Below are positions 63,162 to 64,000 of a stretch of 64,000 nucleotides of DNA, one piece after another. Under the pieces are notes generated by a model, which saw only the letters and a program-made list of their open reading frames with translations, searched no databases and was not told the DNA's origin. The stretch is from contig JBPBPU010000005.1 of the NCBI GenBank assembly GCA_050954465.1, forward strand, positions 11,910 through 75,909, read 5' to 3'. Position 1 is the stretch's first letter, and every line of letters starts with the position of its first letter. This DNA comes from Janthinobacterium lividum. GTDB taxonomy: Bacteria; Bacteroidota; Bacteroidia; Cytophagales; Hymenobacteraceae. The position numbers were made by a program, and so were the translations under genes.

Positions 63162-63291
63162 GTAGCGCGAAGCTTTCGCTTCATGCATCGCCGTAGCGCG
63201 GCGATGCTCGCGGGTGCAGTTATTGACCTAAGCGGCGTGGTGCCAGATTCGCCGTGTTGCGGCGATGCGCGAAGCGAAAGCTTCGCGCTAC
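63162..63291. repeat. palindromic REP-like element (GTAGCGCGAAGC head)
   Basis: 32-bp arms at 63162-63193 and 63260-63291 with 2 mismatches. An extra internal copy of CGGCGATGC (63199-63207) forms a sub-hairpin with the left arm. Confidence 0.85.
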
Positions 63292-63301
63292 AACCAAACC
63301 A

Positions 63302-63338
63302 CAAAAAAAGGCCCAAACGTTGTCGTCCGGGCCTTTTT
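63302..63338. terminator. bidirectional rho-independent terminator
   Basis: Stem AAAGGCCC (63307-63314) / GGGCCTTT (63329-63336), flanked by an A-run on the left and a T-run on the right. It lies downstream of both mcrC (+) and the small lipoprotein gene (-). Confidence 0.6.
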
Positions 63339-63376
63339 GCATGGAAATTTAATACCGGGCTGGTGCCCGGCTCAAA

Positions 63377-63670
63377 TTACATTTTGTTGGTGTTGGCAGC
63401 GGGCGCAGCAGCGCCGTCGGTGGTGGTGCCAGCAGCGGGGGCGGCAGCGCCGGCAGCGGGAGCCGTGCCGTCGGTGGTAGCGCCAGCGGCCGGAGCAGCA
63501 GTAGCGTCGGCCGGAGCCATGGTGCTCGTGCTGGTCGAGTCAACCTTCGTGGTCGACATCTCGGTGCCAGCGGGCGTGGTGGTGCTTTCGGTGTTGGTAT
63601 CAGTCTTCGAGGTGCACGAAGCCATACCAACAGCCAGGAACAGGGCGGATACTTTCAGCAGGTTGTTCAT
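63377..63670 (-). CDS. small Ala/Thr/Gly-rich lipoprotein
   Basis: Lipobox LFLAVGMASC|TSK followed by low-complexity repeats (AAPAAGATTDGTAPAAGAAAPAAGTTTDGAAAPA). Confidence 0.6.
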   Translation of the reverse strand: MNNLLKVSALFLAVGMASCTSKTDTNTESTTTPAGTEMSTTKVDSTSTSTMAPADATAAPAAGATTDGTAPAAGAAAPAAGTTTDGAAAPAANTNKM

Positions 63671-63810
63671 CTTTTGGGGTAAGTTTGAAAAAGGTTTTAA
63701 GAGAAATCTGCCCTTAATGCCGCTACCCTAGCCGGAGTAACCCACGAGAAAAGAAAATATTTTCTTTCGGGTTACAAACCCCCGGTTTGGGCATTAACCA
63801 CCAGAAGCGA

Positions 63811-64000
63811 ATGAACACGGACAGCATCACGGCGGCGCTGGCGGCCGACGCCCAGCTTATCCAGGCCATCCGGGCCGGCGACGAGCGGGCCCTAAGCCAG
63901 CTCTACCGCCTGCATTGGCCTATGGTATCGCACTTCGTGCTGCAAAACAGCGGCTCCGAAGACGATGCCCGGGATGTATACCAGGAAGGCGTAATGGTTT
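63811..64000 (+). CDS. ECF-type sigma-70 family factor (5' part, runs off the window)
   Basis: MNTDSITAALAADAQLIQAIRAGDERALSQLYRLHWPMV...DARDVYQEGVM resembles sigma region 1.2/2 of ECF factors. Confidence 0.7.
   Translation, partial: MNTDSITAALAADAQLIQAIRAGDERALSQLYRLHWPMVSHFVLQNSGSEDDARDVYQEGVMV

Noticed and set aside
63377-63670. Possible tandem DNA repeat or contingency locus in the small lipoprotein gene (repeated CCGTCGGTGGT..GCCAGC units).
   Set aside because: The units are short, imperfect and in-frame low-complexity Ala/Thr/Gly coding sequence. There is no homopolymer or perfect microsatellite that would suggest phase variation.

Overview
High-GC chromosomal segment, by eye about two-thirds G+C. 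It looks like a Hymenobacter-type Bacteroidota genome. That call is an inference from T9SS C-terminal sorting domains, a PafA-type phosphatase, a Bacteroidota-style ClpP N-extension and a TetR-TolC-MFP-RND operon. I support about 50 protein-coding genes. I recognised no rRNA, tRNA, CRISPR array, transposase or integrase.

Gene content is mostly housekeeping: nbaC, ppa, clpP, nnr, msrB, sdaAA, icd, lutB, ispF, an SDR and a PlsC-like acyltransferase. It also includes envelope and secreted proteins: one 1199-aa Ig-repeat T9SS cargo, three tandem beta-propeller T9SS cargo genes, OmpA-like, S41, M28, M48 and NlpC/P60 proteins. There is one RND efflux operon, two ECF sigma factors, an orphan histidine kinase and response-regulator pair, and an McrBC-type restriction locus.

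Most notable observations:
1. At least 18 palindromic REP/REPIN-like elements of several mosaic families occupy the intergenic gaps, many with GTAG...CTAC termini. They include a 415-bp triple-nested palindrome, copies inside the efflux operon, copies bracketing one gene, and copies that supply stop codons.
2. The only icd gene is split by a single in-frame TAG at a universally conserved Gln codon.
3. The McrB and McrC genes are separated by a REP element plus an extra gene for a secreted, membrane-anchored protein.
4. A receiver-TrxR-like fusion lacks the CxxC redox site. It is separated from its probable cNMP-sensing kinase by a 1.9-kb AT-rich, palindrome-rich insert.
5. A decayed HAD-hydrolase copy and its intact paralog bracket the giant adhesin-like gene.
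6. There is a strongly AT-rich orphan gene, and an ACP-like protein with Thr at the phosphopantetheine site.

All family calls come from motif recognition by eye. No searches were run.
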